Shown here piece by piece: positions 25,976-40,767 of a DNA stretch of 64,000 bases (position 1 is the first letter of the stretch; each line of letters begins with the position of its first letter). Origin of the DNA: Acanthaster planci. Its lineage: Eukaryota. A model generated the notes under the pieces. That model was not told the DNA's origin. It saw only the letters and a program-made list of their open reading frames with translations, and ran no database searches. Both the position numbers and the translations under genes were made by a program. The stretch is taken from NCBI RefSeq assembly GCF_001949145.1, contig NW_019091361.1:2176919-2240918 (forward strand), given 5' to 3'.

Positions 25976-28900
25976 TCACTGACTTTTGATTTTCTTCTTC
26001 AGTGAACCAAAGCGTTTCTGACGCTGCTTCCACATGTGACTCAGCATGAATGGTCCACCTGACACAGAACAGAGAAAAGCCATAGATTTACCTTCTCTTT
26101 CCATTATAACACCGGCGGGGGGGGGCTATATCAGCGGTATATTTTTGGGTCAAGCCTGAGCACACTTATAGCATTCGTCTGTGGCACATTTTGAAGCTAA
26201 TTTACGCAAGTTTGGATGTATCGTTCTTGCAGAACGTAAAATTGTCGACGCAGTGTGCTGGAAAAACTTGGTTCTTCATTGACCGCTGACTTGTCATGTA
26301 TCTCCCAGAAAAGTGTCCCACGAATACACACGTTTGTGGAAACTTACATGGAGGGAGTGAGAAGGAAGCAGTGAGGCATGTGATCGGTGACAAAGAAAAA
26401 TTGACCATCAGAGGAAAGTCCAATAACAAGGGAAACCATGATCTTTGCATTGCATAAACAGGGAGTGAAATGGTGGACCGTAGGGAGAGTTAACGCTTTC
26501 TGATCACCTACGCTCGGGGGGGGGGGCTGGACCGTTTTGGAGAGAAGTCACATATATGAAGCTATGAAACACTCTGATTGGGCAACACCCTTGCAATTCT
26601 TGCAGGGTTTAATTTGAATCTGCGGGACAAGAGTTTCAGTGTTCACATTTTTTTCAAAAATTCATAACTTTATTTACTGGACATTTACACCCACACGAAT
26701 GGCTGTCTGGTGGCTACTCTAATCTGACAGGCCACCTCCACTGACATCCGAGTCTATCAGCCAGGCCCGCTTCCCAGTAAAAAGAGCCCAGATTGTGGGG
26801 TGTTGCGTAATTTCCTTTATTCCCGAAATTGGCCAAGTGTGTTGCTGAATGCCTGTGGCGTCTTTTCAAATGTGGCCAGATTAGCGTGCAGCAGTACTGT
26901 ATCGCTCATCGCTGGAGCACTTTTGTCCCCACTGATAATCCACTGACACTGAATGCCACAAACAGTGGTATGCTATTTCAAAACAATGACGGATTAACTC
27001 CGCTAATGCCAACTGAAAAATGAATGGCAAATCCTGCAGCTCGGTCTTTTATTCCAAATACGGCCTTTTGTTACAAGGCCCAGCTCTTTTGTCTGATTTT
27101 GATTACAGTGGCTATGCATACAAACCTAAGGTGCCCGATTCCGGGAAACCCCGGAGACAAGTGGATAATTAAGGTTTGAATAAAATGAGGAAATAATGGA
27201 TGAGCTGGTAAGATGATTGAGAACAAACAAAATTTTAGAAATGAACAAGCATGACTTGAATTTTAAGCATACTATCGTTACCCTCGCTCTAGCGTATGTA
27301 ACTTGGGAGCACTGTATGACCTATTGTTGACATTAGGCCATATCCACAATTATACTGCTATCTGTGGCTATGGCTACACACTGTAGCGCATCGATGACAA
27401 AAAAAAAAGCCACAGCCACAGATGTGTCTATCTCTACTGCCCCATCACAGTGGATGTGGCTAACGCCTATCCATCTGTTTACTGCTGTCCAATCCCCATT
27501 TACATGCATTTATTTTTTATCACAGCCTAATGTCCCTTCTTCATCTCCCACTAGAGCTTTTACCCTTGCTCTAACCACCGCAAGAACTTTCCCAGTGGTC
27601 CATTTAACACTCCTGCAGGACTGAATTGAGGTACAACACTGTCTGGAATCAACTCACCTGTGGCAATCAATCCCAGATGTACGTACAAATAGTAGTCAAA
27701 ACTGAAAGCCATGTTGACAGAGTTTGGCAGAACTAGCGAAAACATGCCAGTGTCCCTGAAATATGGGATTGCGATGTACGTCACGATAGCTGTGGACAGG
27801 AAAAATTGCAATGTAAACGTTTTCAAAAGAGAAAGCAACAAAAACGTTAACATTGGGGGGGCTAATCATCCTAATGTACAGTCACACGGCCACATTTACT
27901 AAAGACACACTGAACAAAGGTAATGACCCATATCTGACCATTTTAAGCACAGCCAAATGAGTCCGCCCTGTTCTGGAATGCACTATTCTGTCATCAGGGT
28001 AATTAAATTCTGTCTTCCAAGGGAGAGGCTACCCAGACAACCATGGCAAAAGGACAAAAAAGTCCTGTTTTCTTTCCCTTTCTCAAAGATTATGCCATCA
28101 AATCCCTTAAAGTAAATAACAGAGACCACCAACAAGGGAGACAGGTATACAAAGTCTCCAAAGTTCTTTACAGGAGAGAGGAATGCCTAAAGAATGTGGG
28201 TCCAGTACAGTCAGACCAGACCTGGATGCCTAGATAAGCAGTGCATTTGTGAATTTGATGGTGGTGCATAATTAAAATTCCTCTTAAGTACAGTTTTGCA
28301 CTTTGCATCCAATCCCCTCAACCTATCCTCCACAATTCTACCCCCCATCATCCCGTATCTTCCATGTCTGCTTTGACTCCACTCTTAATCCCATCCATCT
28401 CCAATCCCACATCCACCTTATCTTTCCATCCATATCCTACTCCACCCTCCATCTTCTTGTCCATTTCCTACTCCGCCCCCTCCCATCATCCTATCCATCT
28501 CTTACTCTTCCCCCTCCCCATTATCCCATTCATCTCCTTCTCTGCCCCCTCCCCAACATTANCATCTCCTTCTCTGCCCCCTCCCCGTCATCCTATCCAT
28601 CTCTTGCTTTAGCCCCCTCCCCATCATCCTATCCATCTCTTGCTTTGGCCCCCTCCCCATCATCCTATCCATCTCCTACTCTGCCCCCTCCCCATCATTC
28701 CCTTCACTTCTTACTCTGGCTGTCCCATCATCCCACTAATCCAGCCCAACCATTACACCAACCTTACTTATCCAGCATTTCATCCACTGTCTACATATAT
28801 GTACCTTGTCCCCATGATCCTCCTCCTACAGGTACCCCTCCCCCAACAAACATCCTAATCTGTCACTTGGACCCCCATCCTTTACAACTCAATACAACTC

Positions 28901-31900
28901 AAAATGTTAACACTCCACTTTTATAAATTTTTCACTAAATTCATAAACTACGCTTCAAAGCGTTAATGCCATATGAGACTATTTAAATACTGATTCCAAG
29001 AGGAAGCAAACAAGCACTCAGTGGCAGATTGTAACACCAATGTACCTGCAAGGAAAAACTTTTAAGGACGGCCAGACGGATGGACAGAAGATGGAAATCA
29101 GAATTACACAGGCTCGCATTAGCTTCGCAGCTCGCGAAAAATCAAAAACTGATGCACTGCACTTCATATGTGCAACTTTTGGGCTTTATTTTTCCTTTAT
29201 TTTAATCAGCCAGGATCTGCTCAGGATGACCTCTCACCTTCAGACATTAACCCCAGGGGGTAGAGTGGTATCCACATGGTGTACCGCAGCCAGGATATGA
29301 CCTCGCTCTCATAGTTCAGTGTCGCGCATATGTAAAACGGGTACCTGGAGGCAAATTGTACAGGGTATATGTGTCAAAATTAAACAGGTATAAACATTGA
29401 TAAGGGGTGGATATTGGTAACTGAGACATGGGCATCGTATGATAGGCAGGACTGCTTGCCAAGATTACTCTTACATGACACTGCCCCTCTCTGTGCAACC
29501 CCAGGAACTAAAGCCGTATGGAATTTTCACACATCTCTCCTAGGTCGCATTACACCCTTGCGACCTCCGTCTGAACAGTTAATATCAACAACCAATTCAA
29601 ATCCTCACTGAATTCCTGTCTGTTCAATCGGACGTACACTTTGTAACTTACTTGTAGCTCCCTTCTTCTGTAATACCTTTTCATTGCTGTAAGCATGAAA
29701 TGATACCTTTAGGTCAATACATTGCATTGTAAGAGTGAGCCATTATCACTGACGCGAATCATCGTAATCATTGTAACCATCAATATCATTATGACAGCAA
29801 AATTTGGCAGATATTACGGACAACTAAGCACCCCTCTAATCATGGGACAGTTTAATTTTGAGGTATGTGGAAATTTGCAAGGGAGACAACAGACCAAGTT
29901 CTCTGCTTGTCATGGTGAATGNNNNNNNNNNNNNNNNNNNNNNNNNNNNNNNNNNNNNNNNNNNNNNNNNNNNNNNNNNNNNNNNNNNNNNNNNNNNNNN
30001 NNNNNNNNNNNNNNNNNNNNNNNNNNNNNNNNNNNNNNNNNNNNNNNNNNNNNNNNNNNNNNNNNNNNNNNNNNNNNNNNNNNNNNNNNNNNNNNNNNNN
30101 NNNNNNNNNNNNNNNNNNNNNNNNNNNNNNNNNNNNNNNNNNNNNNNNNNNNNNNNNNNNNNNNNNNNATTTCCTACTCCGCCCCTCCCCATTATCCTAT
30201 CCATCTCTTACTTTGGCCCCCTCCCCATTATCCTATCCATCTCCAACTCCACCCCTACCCATCATTCCCTTCACTTCTTATTCTGGCTGTCCCATCATCC
30301 CACTAATCCAGCCCAACCATTAAGCCAACCTCATCCAGCATTTCATCCACTGTCTACATACATGTACCTTGTGCCCATGATCCTCCTCCTACAGGTACCG
30401 CTCCCCCAACAAACATCCTAATCTGTCACTTGGACCCCCATCCTTTACAACTCAATACAACTCAAAATGTTAACACTCCGCTTTTATAAATTTTTCACTA
30501 AATTCATAAACTACGCTTCAAAGCGTTAATGCCATATGAGACTATTTAAATACTGATTCCAAGAGGAAGCAAACAAGCACTCAGTGGCACATTGTAACAC
30601 CAATGTACCTGCAAGGAAAAACTTTAACATTTGAGGACGGCCAGACGGATGGACAGAAGATGGAAATCAGAATTACACAGGCTCGCATTTGCTTCGCGGC
30701 TCGCGAAAAATCAAAAACTGATGCACTGCACTTCATATGTGCAACTTTTGGGCTTTATTTTTCCTTTATTTTAATCAGCCAGGATCTGCTCAGGATGACC
30801 TCTCACCTTCAGACATTAACCCCAGGGGGTAGAGTGGTATCCACATGGTGTACCGCAGCCAGGATATGACCTCGCTCTCATAGTTCAGTGTCGCGCATAT
30901 GTAAAACGGGTACCTGGTGGCAAATTGTACAGGGTATATGTGTCAGAATTAAACGGATATAAACATTGATAAGGGGTGGATATTGGTAACTGAGACATGG
31001 GCATCGTATGATAGACAGGACTGCTTGCCAAGATTACTCTTACATGACACTGCCCCTCTTTGTGCAATCCCATTGAACTAAAGCCGTATGGAATTTTCAC
31101 ACATCTCTCCTAGGTCGCATTACACCCTTGCGACCTCCGTCTGAACAGTTAATATTAACAACTAATTCAAATTCTCACTGAATTCCTGTCTGTTCAATCG
31201 GACGTACACTTTGTAACTTACTTGTAGCTCCCTTCTTCAGTAATACCTTTTCATTACTGTAAGCATGAAATGATACCTTTAGGTCAATGCATTGCATTGT
31301 AAGAGTGAGCTATTATCACTGACGTGAATCATCGTAATCATTGTAACCATCAATATCATTATGACAGCAAAATTTGGCAGATATTACGGACAACTAAGCA
31401 CCCCTCTAATCATGGGACAGTTTAATTTTGAGGTGTGTGGAAATTTGCAAGGGAGACAACAGACCAAGTTCTCTGCTTGTCATGGTGAATCNATCATGGA
31501 TAGTTGAAATGGTCTAAGCAAAAGTCATACATCTTTACTAGCTCACCTAACAACCTCTATGGCACTCCATATCATAAACAAGTAGCACACAATTGGCTCT
31601 CCATGAATATCTTCATTTGGCATGATAACCATGAACAGCAGCAGGTCGCGACCCAGGACCTTCAGCAAAGAAGAAACATATCCACTTAGCAATGCTGAAT
31701 TTGCAAATTTCAACAAAACTTGTTCACATAATTTAAGGTGTCAGATAATTTTGAATTGATAAGTTCCCTAGCATGACAACAGACCCATTGTGCCTTTAAG
31801 TCATGTGACCTGTAGTGGGGATCACCATCACCCATCAACCAGCATGGCGTCCTCTCATAGCAAAGTGTGTCACAAGTGTCATTTATCAAGAACAAAGCCG

Positions 31901-34900
31901 ACAGTCAGTAGAGTACCCAGACCACTGATGTGCTAATGCTTAAGTCAACTTTAATTTTGGTAAACAACACTTGCAAAACACTGTGCTTTGGGAGAACGCC
32001 ATGTTTGTTGACGTTTGATACCCACTATAGGTCACACGACATAGTGTGCATAATCGGTCTATTAAGACTCTTTTCTCCCAGGCACGCCACATGATGGCTG
32101 CGTGTCTCCTACGGATGTCAGGACTGGCAGGTTTTGCATTAGATATTCGGATGACAAATCGCTCAAACATTATTGATGCTGGTTCAGGATGAAGCGTGGT
32201 CACACTAGTACCAATTGTGTTGCACGGCCATCAACTGTATAGGAACGCCTACTTTCTCCAGTGAACAGTAAAATGAGATAACAGAGGTTGCTGCATCATG
32301 TTTTGGACACAGCGATCACATTTGCGATCTAACAGGTACTCAATGGCATCTCACATGCTCAGTGTTCCATGCCTCCCTAGAGTGTTAACAAAAACACTCT
32401 GTGTCCGAAATCACAGCAGTCATCAATTGATACATGATGGCCATACCTGGATAACTGGGGCAACCACACCTGTTTTGACGAGGCCCGTGAGAGGGTGAAC
32501 GATCTCCAGCAGGGCCAGAAGCTGACACATTCCCAGAGGATAAAAGAACTTCTCAAAAGCAGCAAACATCTCAGCTGGGGAGTAACCAAAAAAAACAAAA
32601 ACACAGACTCATGGAGAGATTTGAGTAAATGAAAATACTCGAAGTTCAACTCATAAAGGCTAGAAGACTGACATACTTTTAAAGAAGGCGATGTGAATAT
32701 GAACTGTCTTCTAGCACAGACCTATGCATCCCTAAAAAGTCTTAATTCTTAACACGAGGGACCTGAAATTTCTCCAGTATATGTAGGTTCTTGGGATATT
32801 CTGGCACCATTCCTCAGTGACCATATTGATACATTGTGACTAGACCAAGTCAGACTTTAACCTAAAGACAGCAAGTCAACTGACTCACATGACTCACACC
32901 TCGTTAATTCAAGCCAAACATCAATCCTGACTCACACTGAAACAGACACACTCAGAGGAACGTTAAAATCTGTAAATGCAAACCTGGAATAGATTTGTCT
33001 TCCACATGGCGAGGAAAAACTTACGCTACCTTAATGATCCCACGAGGTCCTAGCATGAATCAGCAAGTTTTAGAATGACCAAAGGAAATAAATGCACACA
33101 AGGTAATGGGGTGAGGCACAGAAATTGCAAGCTCTGACTTCTTTTGGTTTAATCAAAAGGAAGCTGGGAACTCAAGTTTCACCCACAAAAGTTGAAGCAT
33201 TCAAAAAATTCCACACATGATTCAATCTTGGTGCTGCAAAAAAGTGTCTGAAATTAAATCCTATCAAATATTCCTTTTGATAATGTTTTTCACAAGTCCA
33301 AGAGGTTGGCAATGGGCATTAATATGCTTCCTTCAGCTCAAGAATTTTTTGTTGGTTGTTTTGTTTGTTCCCACGGTACTTTTCTCACAAGTTAACCACT
33401 TATCCTACAAAGATAGCCTACAAATAATAGCTTTATCGGAATGAGAAGAGACACACAGAATTTTTGCTTACATTTGCCGTAGACAATGAACCAGACAAAC
33501 AACAGCACGGTGGTGTAGCTGTAGCCCAGGAATTGGATCAAGTTATAGATGAACAAGTAAACCCTCTTCAAATCTGCATATGCTGCAGAGGGAAACCAAG
33601 TAATTACACAGGACCTTAAGTAATTTAACACCACAAGCCTATGAAAATGTCGATCTTGAAGTTTCAAACAGAAAACTGTCTCTCAATGCAGGGCCGGCAA
33701 CGGTGCACACTGGGGGGTGCGCAAACATTGCATGCACACGTGGGCAGAGTGAAGGCATTTTTTTGGGGGGGGGAAGGGGTAATGCCAGAGTCAATTTGCC
33801 AGCTTGTGACTTGCTGGCCAACCTCATTTTGTGTAAAATGGAAATCTATGGTACGTTACATTTCATGCTTCAGGGGAAATGCTGACAGCCCACACGTATC
33901 ATTTTTGTACCGATTTGGGATTCATTTGCCAACCAAAGCTCTATTTGCCAACTGGAATGAAATAGTTAGGGTGTCCCGCACCCCTCCCCCCAACTAGTCG
34001 CTATGGCCCTGCATGCAAACGGCAACAACACAAGTGGCCTTCAAATGCCTATTACACCTCTCTTATCATTGCTCACAGGGAAGGATTTGGGGGAAATCTA
34101 TAAATCTGGGGTCTAATTTATTTTGTTTGTGTCCCTTCTGTGTGTTTAGAACAAGTCCTCTAATTTCTAACACTCAGCGATTAAAGAATGCAAATTATAC
34201 GCTGAACAAATAGAAATAGAATATAGTCAATTTCAATGACCCACTTTTCTTCTTATTTCTCTTCTTCAAGTAGTTAGGAGAAACAACTAACCCTTTTCCT
34301 GTGCCTCCATGATGTCTCTCTCAATGCGCTTCAGTGTTTCACGTTGCTCGTCAAGCTGGAAGAAAAACCACAAACAAGTATCAAAGTAACTGCTTGATTA
34401 ATATGGTTCTGAATGCTTGAAAGCTGTAAATTATTTTGGCAATATGTACAGAACGTGCCCATGAAACAGTCAAATATTTTGTCTATGAAGGACACTCACA
34501 GTCAATGAAGCTTCTTTTTGTATCACAATTAATCAAACTGTGCATACCCGTACCTCAGCCTAGACTACAGACACACTCATACAAAGATAACCTGCCTTAT
34601 CAGCTCTGAATTGGAATTTGGTCCCTGTTATCTAGCCAGGCAAGACCGTCTCATGAATGTTTAACCAAAGCACTACTGAATGATGTTTTAGTGGGTGCCA
34701 AAAGTTGGCTTTCCACACATGCATGCCTGTCTTCCCCAAAATTAAGAATTTAAACAATTTGTGGATTAAAACTAATAGAAGCAAAGAAAACCAACACTGT
34801 AAGTGCCCTTGGATCTTCATAGATTTTGTTGCTCAGTAGGGCTGTAGTCCAGACCTATTAAGACCATCACAGGACCCCAAAAGACCATCAAAAGACCTCC

Positions 34901-37900
34901 AGTCTGAAATTCAAGTCACAAGCTATTCAAATGAACTGCAACAGAAGCATTCCTTTGTCATTGTTTACCCATAACTTGTGACAGGTCTTATGGTCTTGTG
35001 CATGGCCCTACCATGGTCTCGACTACAACACTCCTGTTCAGACAGGTGGAGCCCATTTGTTGGTGGTTTTACTGAGGTCACTAGGGGCAAGGAAAGGGAG
35101 ATGAGGACAGGGGAAAACACTGACTGTGGAAATGGGAAAAGACAGAAGGGAGGAAAGCTTCTGCTGCTTCACATGAAGAAAGTAAACTAGGATGGGTGAA
35201 ATGTAGCCAATGCAGAAAGAATTATGGTCCAAGAAAGAAGGGCAGGCAATGGTAGCAATGTTAAGATGAAAGTAACAAGCAATCACGTAAACTGGTGGAA
35301 CCGACAGCTAGGATAAGCAGGCTTTGAATGAGAAACCCAGGTGGATCAGTGCACACAATGTGAAAATGTTACAAGAACCTCTAAGTAGCTACGGGCCAAT
35401 TAAGAATTCAAAGTCGGATACGGGAAACAATTCTGTGGTGTGCACTTTAATCGCTGAGCTACATGCACACTGATTTTCGCTTCCCATGTTTGCAAATAGA
35501 CGATCCTCCACAATCTCTACATTGGTATTTCTGCCGCCCATGTTTGCAAATAGAATGACACAATTACGGCATAACTGGAACCCTGATGGTAAGATGCACC
35601 TCTCCTTGCACGTACCGCTTGCGATTGCTGGTCATCCTCATCGTCGCTATCGTCTGCCAACCACTTGTCAAAATCAAGACGAAGCCAGGCTGGCTTCAGC
35701 TTCTTGTGGGTCACTCTCGGCCATGGGTCGTTGGCCTCCGCCTTGACCAGGTTGATCTCGACGTGGCGGTCCGAAATCCGGTAGGTGCTGTCCTAGAAAA
35801 AAAAATTGCAATTACCCTTAAACTTTATGAAGATTCCAGCTGGATCTTTACACAAAAATGTAAAAACTCTTAGGAAAGGCATTGGGGATATTCATTTCTT
35901 CTGACAATCCAGTCTTGTCAAGAAGGCCTAATGACAGGAATGTCCGTTTTGCGAGTGCAGTGCCGGCATCCCATCAATAATTTATTGTTTTGTGCAGAAA
36001 AAGCTGGAAGCTACAGGTACGTACATGTATACTATGCAAGAAATGAGGTACATGTGGCTATCTTTGAAAACAAGGACCAGAGGAAACTTCAACAAAATAG
36101 CTTTGCCATATTCAAAAAATGAGAGAAAATAGAAAGAATATGAACCTTCTAACTCATCAGAAAAAAATTCAGTTTCACTTAGCTTCTTTTACTTAATGGT
36201 TGCTTTATAAATGTCACGAACACTGTTTTTATAGGATTCTCAGAGCTTTATTGTGGGCAATCTCTATTTTACAGCAAAGAAGAATTATGCATGAATGCAC
36301 GATGTCTTTAAAAAAGGAAACCAAGATTAATTAATCTGTTTCTGAAATGTGACTGATCATTTTTGTAAATGCCATTTACTAAATGGTAAGCATAATCTGT
36401 TTTTAATATGATGCCCTCTTTCGTATAAGGAAATCTAAATTTCTGTCACATGACGGCGCACAAAGTAGTTTAATGGACCTTGTCAGAAATGGCTTTGCAC
36501 CAGATTCATGACAGCTTTGCACAGTGTGAAGAATTAAGAACACTACCCAAATCATTAATTCAAAGAAAACCTCCGATAGTGGTTTATTCTTGCCACAACT
36601 TGAGCCCCATGTCCTTCAACATCCCCCCCCATTTCTTTCAATGCAAGTGTCTTCCCTTGTTCTCATCTCTCTGGATTTACTTCATTTACCTTCTCATTTA
36701 CTGGTGCGTAAAAGTCCAGAGAGAATCTGTACGTGTGCAGTCCACCTGCTCCAACACCTAAAGCTGGAAAGGAGCAATTGATTTCAGTGTAAAGTGTAAG
36801 AGAAGAGGTTGTATATTGTGAAAGAAGTAGTGTATAAAAAATGTAGCTGGGTTTGTCATCAGACAAAAAGCCCAACCAAAGAAACAGAAGCCTATGAGCA
36901 CCCTAGAGCTGCCGTGAGTTAGAGAGAACAAGAGATATTTTATGCACTATGAACTAAAGTTATGGTGAATAACAGCACTGTAACACCAACTCAAGCTTCT
37001 GTAACCAACTGCTCCAAGTGACGACAGAGGCATGGCAGATGGCATTTTTGATCAGTGATTGTGGAGAAAAGAAAATGAGAATCTCATTGTCAGACAGAAA
37101 AGAAACTGTATTTCACAGACACTGACAGAGAGGATGAGAGTTTTAGTCAGTTCACACTTGCCTTCAAACTGAAGACTCTCCTCTGTTACATCTATGGAAT
37201 GACTCTGCCATCATAATAGAGGAAAAAAATGGTTAGGGCAATGAAATTTGCTCTTCATCAAATATATGTATTAGAATCACACCAATTGCACTGTGGGGCT
37301 CGTTGTCCACTGCAGGTGATGAGCCCCAGAGTTCTGGGAGTAGAGGGAGGCAGCAGCAACTTCCAATCACTACACACACCACTCACTATCATCTTGAACT
37401 ACTGTCAACTGGGGTAACTTCGGAAGGTTAAAATCCTCATCATTTCTGCTTTTCCAAAAACAGAAATACTTTGTCTTTGTTGATTGGACATTTTTGTCAG
37501 ATGAAGCCTTAGGTCTAATCTAGTAGTAGCTAACATCCATTCATTTCTTTTACTAGTGAGTTAGAGCTTAAATAAGTGCTGCCACACTCCATGGTTTGGG
37601 GCAACTTTGGCAGGTTGCCGGAATTAATGAAAGAAAAATTAAAAAGGATTACAACAAAGTTTCACACATGAAAACTCCTTCAAGCCCAGGCTCCAGGTGT
37701 ATTTTATGATTAAATGACTTCCAAGAATCATTTTAGAGAAACTTATATATTTGTATAGTGCATTGCGAAGATGTGACAACTACAACAGGTGTGCCTCCCG
37801 CCAAAGTTACTCCTGGGGGCCAAAGTTACCTCGGTTTACGGTACAACTTGAAAATTACACTATAAAAAGGGATCTGCTAAACTGTAACACACTGAAGTTA

Positions 37901-38985
37901 AATGTACCTTCCAAAGTTTGCAAAGAACTTTGTCAAATTTTAACACATAAAGCTGAGCAAGCATTTGTTCGATTGGAATTCTTTGATGTCATTCATTGAC
38001 TTTTTTTAGCGGTTTGAAATATCCACTGTTAATTGGCTCACGACATGGGATGGTTCACGTACTGGGATTAGTGTACATGTATGTGTAGCCTATGCCATGT
38101 ATCCATAAATGTTACAACTAACTGCTAGGACTAACACACTGACCATCAACTAGGCCACGAGAATGAATATCCTAGATTTCCGTCCACCGCCTGCATACTG
38201 TTGAAACAGCCGCCCAAAATTTCATTATTTTCCAAAATTACTATTTCAGAGAAATAGATGTTTTTCCCGTTGGGAAAGGTTAACAATGGCTGCAATGTAC
38301 ATCAGGAGTACGTATTGTGTCCATGTACAAATGGCATGATGCAAGACAAACTGATAGCTAGTCTACATTCAAGGCTGGTCCCCTTTGCATGCAGCGTACT
38401 CGCTATGGATGTGCGGTATAAACACCAACTAATGAATAATCAATAATGAAAAAAAGCCTCATCGGTTTTCAAAATTGTCCGGACCCAGAAATTCAGGATG
38501 TTCATTCTCATGGCCCTAATTAATTGCAATCTGCATAAAAGGCAACAAATGCAATGACAGGCAGAAAGTAGCATATTTTTTTTACTCAACATTTATTTCC
38601 ATATTGCAATGTTGGCCTAGGCCTATACACAAGGTCAACAAAGGAAAGATTTTTTACTACACAAGAGTGAAAACGATATACATACATGCAAGACCACAAG
38701 ACGATGAAATAAAAGGAGGCAAATACGGAGGCATATTCAGAAGACAAAGTTTTATCATGTCTTAGGCCCTAAACAGAACCTATAACCGAACTCAACTGAA
38801 CTGTGTTAAGCCTAAACATTCTAATGTCGCTAGTAACATGACTAATGCAAATAGAAATAGGCCTAACAGTAACAAAACCTAACGTAATTGCGTACAGTTA
38901 CATCGCGGACTTCAACACGAAGAGACACGTTCTTGTCAGTTTGGGCCCAGTAAACTATTGGATGCAGTATCCCTTCTCCAGACAT
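25976..38985 (-). CDS. HACD3: Very-long-chain 3-hydroxyacyl-CoA dehydratase 3 (CS domain plus PTPLA domain), 11 exons, about 373 aa
   Basis: Exons 38896-38985, 37162-37204, 36690-36763, 35616-35792, 34292-34355, 33472-33582, 32447-32574, 31547-31659, 30807-30913 (or its duplicate 29238-29344), 27658-27789, 25976-26058. Motifs PIVYWAQ, WLRLDFDKW, YLFIYNLIQF, WSAIEVVRYPFY, WLRYTMWIPLYPLG.E and a lysine-rich C-terminus. Confidence 0.93.
28300..28760. repeat. CT-rich degenerate minisatellite, unit about 33 bp
   Basis: Recurrent ccccctccccatcatcctatccatctc; the same repeat resumes at 30169-30300 after the gap. Confidence 0.75.
28690..31490. repeat. Near-identical tandem duplication of about 1.25 kb either side of the N gap, including HACD3 exon 9
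   Basis: 28690-29921 matches about 30258-31490, differing by SNPs and small indels. Confidence 0.9.
29922..30168. other. Assembly gap (N run)
   Basis: Continuous run of n bases. Confidence 1.
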
Positions 38986-40489
38986 CCTTCTTCACCGACG
39001 AAAATTCAGAAAAACGAAATAGGCCTGCAATTTTTGTAACGTTAGCAGGTTATTACTATTAGCTCTACCCTCCCACTCTTATCCCATACGCACGCGCGCG
39101 TGCCGAAATAAAGGTGGCAAGAAATCGTCTCTGGAGGGCGTGTAAATTTTGACTGCACTAGCTGGTTACTTGACATGCACGCTCGCTCACACCCATGCTG
39201 CTCAATATTATTTCGGGAGAGAAGTTGTATCCTTCTCTGGCTTCATCACTAAAATCGATATCCAGATGTAAGCCTACTGTGCACTGGCAGCGGAAGCGCG
39301 GGGGGGGGAGCGGGCTACTGGCCTCCCACTTTTCGAATTTGGCAGTTCCTTAAATGGCTGATTCACGATCTGGCAAGTTCCCCCGGCTTTGAAAATCGTT
39401 TCACAGAAATATTTCAGTTTTTGTCTCTGTTGTATGTAGTTTGGTGTTCTGGTGGCAGTACCCGACTTACCATTGCGCTCAATTTTATTTCATTTTATTT
39501 TTTGAGGGGGTGGAGGGGGTAGTATGCCTCTTGGATGAATAAGTTCTGCAAACATGGCTTGCACCCAGTGTGCCGGCCTAATATCTTTCTTCATAAAAAA
39601 GAGAAATATCAAAAGCTCGTAATTCCGTTCTGCGTCAATAGAATACCGGCGATTCCCCGGTACCCTCAAAGTAATTTGGCCTTTAAAAAAGAAAGAAATT
39701 CAGGCGCACAAACGTTGAGTTGGTGAGCCTGGACAATTCTTGGCTTCTTTGTTGGCTTGCAGTCTTGAGATTTAGAGAAGCTTTTCATAGGAATGCTTTC
39801 ACTAGAACTCAAGTTGAGCGAGATAATAAGCACCAATTGTTTTTAACCCCAAACTATTTCAAAACCGAATAAATCCAGAGCGATTTCACTACAGGCAACA
39901 AGCATTTTATAATTCCATTTAACTTTTGGATCGAAGGCGCGGGGGATACAACGGCTTGGCATCATTGTATGCGGTGATTCACAGGTCTTGCTTCCAAAAA
40001 TATTCACTAAATGTACAATAATGAAGAAAGGTTGACTGCAGAAAAATTACACAGAGTGATCAAAGTGACCAAAATTCAGGCTTTCTATGTATTAATGAAC
40101 ATTTTTAATTGGTTCTCCGACTAGATTGGAACTGTTGATGTAGATTTCAAATTTACACCAATGATGTAATGTTCAAATTACGAGACGTTTGATTCTATAA
40201 TTGTGAATTACCGGTATAACAGTATATTTTCTCAGAAGTAATCAAAGAAACTCAAAGAAATCTATGTGTTTAAAGCAAAATCCGATAAAGAGAAGCTGTA
40301 TCGTTAAAATGAATCATGGTAGAGTTTTTGTACAAGGCTGATTAGGCATAATGCAAGTGACTGTTAATTTTTTTTCAAGGATTGTAGGTGATTTTATTTT
40401 CTTCAGCTTTGAGGCATGATGCAAGCACAAGATGGATGCTTTATTTTCTTAAGGTTTAAATTAAATGCTTGAATGCTTGTAAGGGGGCA

Positions 40490-40767
40490 TGTGGAGGGTT
40501 TGTGGCTTCCAATCATAGGGTTTGGAGGTTCGAATCCAGCTGTTGGCAGTATGTTGTGGCCCTTGGCAAGCCTCTTTACCCCTACTTGCCTCTTTCCACC
40601 CAGGAGTATAAATGGATACCAACATTAGCTGGGGAAGCAACCTGCGATGGACTGGCATCCCATCTAGGGGGGAAAATAAATATTCTCAGTCATTTCATGC
40701 CAAGGAAACCGGAGATAAACACCGGCCTGATGAGCCAAATTGGCTTGGACCAGACTTGCTTTTTTTA
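40490..40767 (+). mobile_element. tRNA-derived SINE with conserved core (MetaSINE-like)
   Basis: B-box GGTTCGAATCC (about 40527), core ccttggcaag...ccacccaggagtataaatgg, 3' cctgcgatggactggcatccc and a T-rich tail; flanked by the direct repeat ttaaatgcttgaa. Confidence 0.7.

Noticed and set aside
28303..28926. 207-aa Pro/His/Ser-rich ORF
   Set aside because: It is the translation of a CT-rich minisatellite, antisense within a HACD3 intron.
29722..30421. ORFs spanning the N run
   Set aside because: Artefacts of the assembly gap.
40490..40560. Possible tRNA gene
   Set aside because: Only a B-box is present and it runs into a SINE core; no cloverleaf.
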